Assembly (NCBI GenBank): GCA_963705295.1
Contig: OY970065.1
Coordinates: 1,568,001 to 1,632,000 of the forward strand
Length of the DNA: 64,000 nt
Source: Parachlamydiales bacterium
GTDB taxonomy: Bacteria; Chlamydiota; Chlamydiia; Chlamydiales; Rhabdochlamydiaceae
Direction of reading: 5' to 3'
The notes under the pieces were generated by a model that searched no databases, was not told the DNA's origin, and saw only the letters and a list, made by a program, of their open reading frames with translations. Position 1 is the first letter of the stretch. Each line of letters opens with the position of its first letter. Shown here piece after piece: positions 60,697 through 64,000 of the stretch. The position numbers were made by a program, and so were the translations under genes.

Positions 60697-62751
60697 ATGA
60701 GTTTAGAATCACGAATACTAGCAGTAAAAGTCGCAACACGTAATTTATCTGATTATTTTAAATCAAAAGAAAGAGAAAACTTACAAGCAATCGTATATGA
60801 GATTCTTAATCAGCCTGAAGCTTCTCGGCCAGAGGAACTTATAAATAGGCTAATCCTTCATATTAGAAATGGTAATGAAGGCTCGTTGGACCGAGCCATT
60901 ATGTTATTTAAAGCATTAGGTAATTATTTAGGGTCTCGAGCTCCTCAATTAAACGAAACCATCCTCTTAAAAGAAAAAATTGTCCCAAAAGTCGTTCTGC
61001 GCCTAGAACTCCCTTATTTTACTGAACATTTAACAACCTTGGATTGTGATGAAATCAGTGATCCTGCTGCTCTCGCTGAACTTGCTGCTTTCTTTAATAC
61101 CGGAAATTGGAATACATCGGGGATTTCTTTGGAAGCACTGTTAGAGATTAGAATATTCTCGATCGCATGGTTCTCCAGAACTCTCCAAGAAATGTCGTTA
61201 AGTTCAATTAAAAGTAGAATAGACCGCTCTAATATTCAGCTGTTATTGGGTGTTTGGACATTTGCCTTCACAAACAATGATAGCGAATTAAAGAGAATGT
61301 TATTAACGCAATATCCGAAAGATCTTGAACTCTGTGATTTTTCCGAAATATCCGATGAGACAGAATCTTTAGCAGTAAAAGCAATGAAGCTCAGCGACGA
61401 TTTGGGAAAAGCAAGTAGAAATGGTTCTGATCCTTTATTATCTTTTCCAAAAACTTCACCCCAATTTCTCACATTATTAGAGAGGATTTTCCAGGATAGG
61501 TACAAAATCGGTCATCTGATGTGCGAGTGCAATGATCTCGCGGATGCTGAAAAATTGGCACACCTCTTAGATGTCTATGGTATCTCTTCCGATTTGGTAG
61601 GGTTTACTTTAAGAACTGACAATGATCGAGTATTACAACACCTTATCCCACATATTTTAAGAACCAAAATCAAAACCTTCATCATCCATAGTAAAATAGA
61701 CATGAAATTGGGATTAAAGAGTCTTGGAGAAGCTTTAGAACACCATACAACTCTAGAAACTCTGCGGATTTTTTGTAGCTCTATATTGAATCTGGAAGGG
61801 GCCCTTTCTTTTACAACGAGTTTGCAAAGAAATCAGGGGTTAAGTGAACTCTATCTCGGAGGATCCATCGATCATTCAGATATTATAATAACCTTGGCAA
61901 GATCCATCCAAAACCATCCTAAACTTCAATGTGTTGATATTGCAGGAAGTTCATCTCTAGGTTATGTGGAAATCTCTGATTGGGCTGAAATGATCGATCG
62001 GAATAAAAGTCTAAGAAGTATTGAAATGGGCATGAAAATGGATGCTTGGGCAAAAGTGGATGCTCTCGCAAGAGCTTTTAGAAATAATTCGACTGTCGAG
62101 ACTTTAAATTTATTTTTAGACCCCTATGATGCAAGAGTCGATAAACTTGATCCAAGAGTCGATAAGCTTTTTAGAGAAGGTTTAGCTCAAAATCGGACTC
62201 TGCGGACATTGAAAATTCGTATGACTCAACAGACCGCCTTTCTTATGATTGGGGGAATTGCCGAAGTTTTGAAAACCAAAACCTGTTGTCTTCGCACCCT
62301 TATCTTAAATTCGAACCAGATAGGAGATGAAAATGGAGCTATTCTTATACAAGCTCTCCATAGAAATACTTCTCTTCAAACATTGGATTTAGCTGATACG
62401 GATATTGGTACAGCAACGATCGAAGCTCTCGCTGAGGTTTTAAAAACGGAACATCCACTTCAAAATTTGGATCTCCGTTACAACAAACTTAGGGATCAAC
62501 ATTTGAGAATTTTGGGATCAGCGCTTCAAAATGTTCGTTCTTTATCCGATTTAAAGATGGAACATAAATTTTCATTTTCTACACTTGCTGACTTCGCTCG
62601 TCAACTAAAAAAGAATTCGTCTTTAATTTATATTCAACTGGACCATCTTTCTTTTAGAGAGGGTCAAAGAGAAGAGTTAACAGCAATTTTATCCGAAAGT
62701 GGCTTTGCTGTGGAAGCAACCCTCACCTTGAGAAGAAAACTTTATATTTAA
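60697..62751 (+). CDS. BTB/BACK-like plus RNI-type LRR protein
   Basis: PYF...DEISDPAALAELAAFFNTG...LLEI (BTB-like); repeated N.(S/T)L..L.L..N.IGDE LRRs. Confidence 0.75.
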   Translation: MSLESRILAVKVATRNLSDYFKSKERENLQAIVYEILNQPEASRPEELINRLILHIRNGNEGSLDRAIMLFKALGNYLGSRAPQLNETILLKEKIVPKVVLRLELPYFTEHLTTLDCDEISDPAALAELAAFFNTGNWNTSGISLEALLEIRIFSIAWFSRTLQEMSLSSIKSRIDRSNIQLLLGVWTFAFTNNDSELKRMLLTQYPKDLELCDFSEISDETESLAVKAMKLSDDLGKASRNGSDPLLSFPKTSPQFLTLLERIFQDRYKIGHLMCECNDLADAEKLAHLLDVYGISSDLVGFTLRTDNDRVLQHLIPHILRTKIKTFIIHSKIDMKLGLKSLGEALEHHTTLETLRIFCSSILNLEGALSFTTSLQRNQGLSELYLGGSIDHSDIIITLARSIQNHPKLQCVDIAGSSSLGYVEISDWAEMIDRNKSLRSIEMGMKMDAWAKVDALARAFRNNSTVETLNLFLDPYDARVDKLDPRVDKLFREGLAQNRTLRTLKIRMTQQTAFLMIGGIAEVLKTKTCCLRTLILNSNQIGDENGAILIQALHRNTSLQTLDLADTDIGTATIEALAEVLKTEHPLQNLDLRYNKLRDQHLRILGSALQNVRSLSDLKMEHKFSFSTLADFARQLKKNSSLIYIQLDHLSFREGQREELTAILSESGFAVEATLTLRRKLYI

Positions 62752-62752
62752 A

Positions 62753-62927
62753 CTATTAACCCGATACGCAAAAAAGAGACAAGATGCGTAAGCGAACCCC
62801 TGTCAGATCGAAGCGTCAGCGGTCCGACCGACGAGGACCATAGCCGATAGGCTAGGCCGAGGAGGAGGATCGATCTGTCAGGGGTGCAGCCAGCAGGTTG
62901 TCTCTTTTTTGCGTATCGGGTTAATAA
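62753..62927 (+). repeat. Nested palindromic element E6
   Basis: Perfect 29-bp inverted repeat TATTAACCCGATACGCAAAAAAGAGACAA (62754-62782 / 62898-62926). Confidence 0.93.
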
Positions 62928-62956
62928 CTCCTTCATAATGAATAGGATGTAAATAA

Positions 62957-63031
62957 ATGAGCTATAGAGCCTTGTTCTATAACTCATATTTATGCTAAAA
63001 GTTGAGTTATAGAAAAGAGGTCTATAACTCA
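62957..63031. promoter_or_regulatory. Two tandem palindromic operators upstream of fic
   Basis: ATGAGCTATAGA-N7-TCTATAACTCAT (62957-62987) and TGAGTTATAGA-N7-TCTATAACTCA (63003-63031). Confidence 0.8.
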
Positions 63032-64000
63032 TGCGTTGGAACTGGCAGCTACTAGATTGGCCTAAATTTAAGTACGATCGAAAATCGATCCTGGATAGGG
63101 AAAGACAATTCCTTTTGAAAATGGGTTCTGCATCGGCTTTCTTAAAAAATATTGATAAAGCAGAGTATAACCAATTCATCGTTGAAATTCTCAGTAGCGA
63201 AGGGCTAGAAAGTTCTAAAATAGAAGGTGAAATCCTCGACAGAGAAAGCCTGCAATCTTCTATTCAGAGGCAGTTTGGACTGAAAAGTTCTCCCAAGCGA
63301 GATGGTGAGAAAGAATCCCACATGGCAAAACTTCTTTATGAAGTGTATACAACCTATGACAAGCCGTTAACACATGAAATGCTTTGGAAATGGCATGCCA
63401 TTCTATTTGATCACACTTCATTAGAAGATAAAGGGAAATATCGGACACATGCTGAACCAATGCAGATTGTTTCGGGTCGATATGATTCACGTAAAATTTT
63501 CTTCGAAGCGCCCCCTTCATCGAAATTACAAGAAGAAATGACGTCTTTCATCCATTGGTTTAATGAGCAAAGTCTAGAAGAACCTATTCTAGGACGAGCT
63601 GCCATTGCTCATGTCTATTTTGAGAGCATTCATCCTTTTGAAGATGGGAATGGAAGGATTGGGCGAGTGCTCATCGAAAAAGTTCTTTCTCAGGGTATTG
63701 AACGTCCGGTCTTGATTGCCGTTTCCAAAGTGTTAGAAAAAAGGAAAAAAGAGTATTACTCTGCTTTAGAAAGATGTAACCGAACATTGGAAGTTGATCA
63801 TTGGGTCGATTTTTTTACCGATGTTGTTTTGCAAGCTCAAAAAGAATCGATGGATTTACTGAACTGGTTAATGTCAGGAGTTCTGAATCCCCGCCAAGAA
63901 AAGGTTTTGCTGAGAATGTTTGCCGAAGGGCCGAGCGGAGGGTTGCATGCTGAGAATTATATTGACATCACGAAGACCTCTCGAGCGACCGCATCGCGTG
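63031..64000 (+). CDS. Fic-family protein (DUF4172-type N-terminus, C-terminal HTH), runs off the window; absent from the ORF track
   Basis: Manual translation gives MRWNWQLLDWPKF..., SSKIEGE, HPFEDGNGRIGR, LNPRQEK and TSRATASR. Confidence 0.95.
   Translation, partial: MRWNWQLLDWPKFKYDRKSILDRERQFLLKMGSASAFLKNIDKAEYNQFIVEILSSEGLESSKIEGEILDRESLQSSIQRQFGLKSSPKRDGEKESHMAKLLYEVYTTYDKPLTHEMLWKWHAILFDHTSLEDKGKYRTHAEPMQIVSGRYDSRKIFFEAPPSSKLQEEMTSFIHWFNEQSLEEPILGRAAIAHVYFESIHPFEDGNGRIGRVLIEKVLSQGIERPVLIAVSKVLEKRKKEYYSALERCNRTLEVDHWVDFFTDVVLQAQKESMDLLNWLMSGVLNPRQEKVLLRMFAEGPSGGLHAENYIDITKTSRATASR

Noticed and set aside
62128..62169. 21-bp tandem duplication (DARVDKL/DPRVDKL) in the LRR gene
   Set aside because: Real but a simple in-frame slippage event with no further signal.
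16892..62927. Palindromic elements as true integron attC sites
   Set aside because: The GTTAATA end does not fit GTTRRRY, the copies are dispersed rather than arrayed, and there is no intI in the window; kept only as an analogy.
63850..63950. Possible short in-frame deletions in the Fic C-terminus
   Set aside because: Based only on recalled homologs; the frame stays open and an alignment is needed.

Overview
Chromosomal window (about 44% GC, estimated by eye) from an environmental chlamydia (Chlamydiota). The lineage call is inferred from the pheS-rplT-rpmI-infC, murB-nusB, maf-HEAT-lptD and def-secG-tpiA/xseAB gene order and from the effector repertoire. Housekeeping blocks alternate with putative host-manipulation genes: nine F-box-like proteins (mostly with ankyrin repeats), a BTB-LRR protein, an OTU deubiquitinase, a pseudokinase, an NB-ARC-TPR protein, Inc-like proteins and a Fic protein. 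Main unexplained signals: (1) a family of about 165-185 bp nested palindromes bounded by TATTAAC...GTTAATA, with interchangeable layers, sitting at gene 3' ends; (2) an intact but apparently catalytically dead ThrRS paralog between tRNA-Val and infC; (3) pervasive leaderless-type gene starts, with a -10 box 6-8 nt before the start codon; (4) a G-rich 5' to C-rich 3' gradient along transcription units, possibly coded Rho-loading sites; (5) an F-box-ankyrin gene accordion with a visible crossover point; (6) twin palindromic operators over the fic ribosome-binding site. No CRISPR array, rRNA, integrase or transposase was seen. All protein calls rest on motif recognition by eye, not on database searches.
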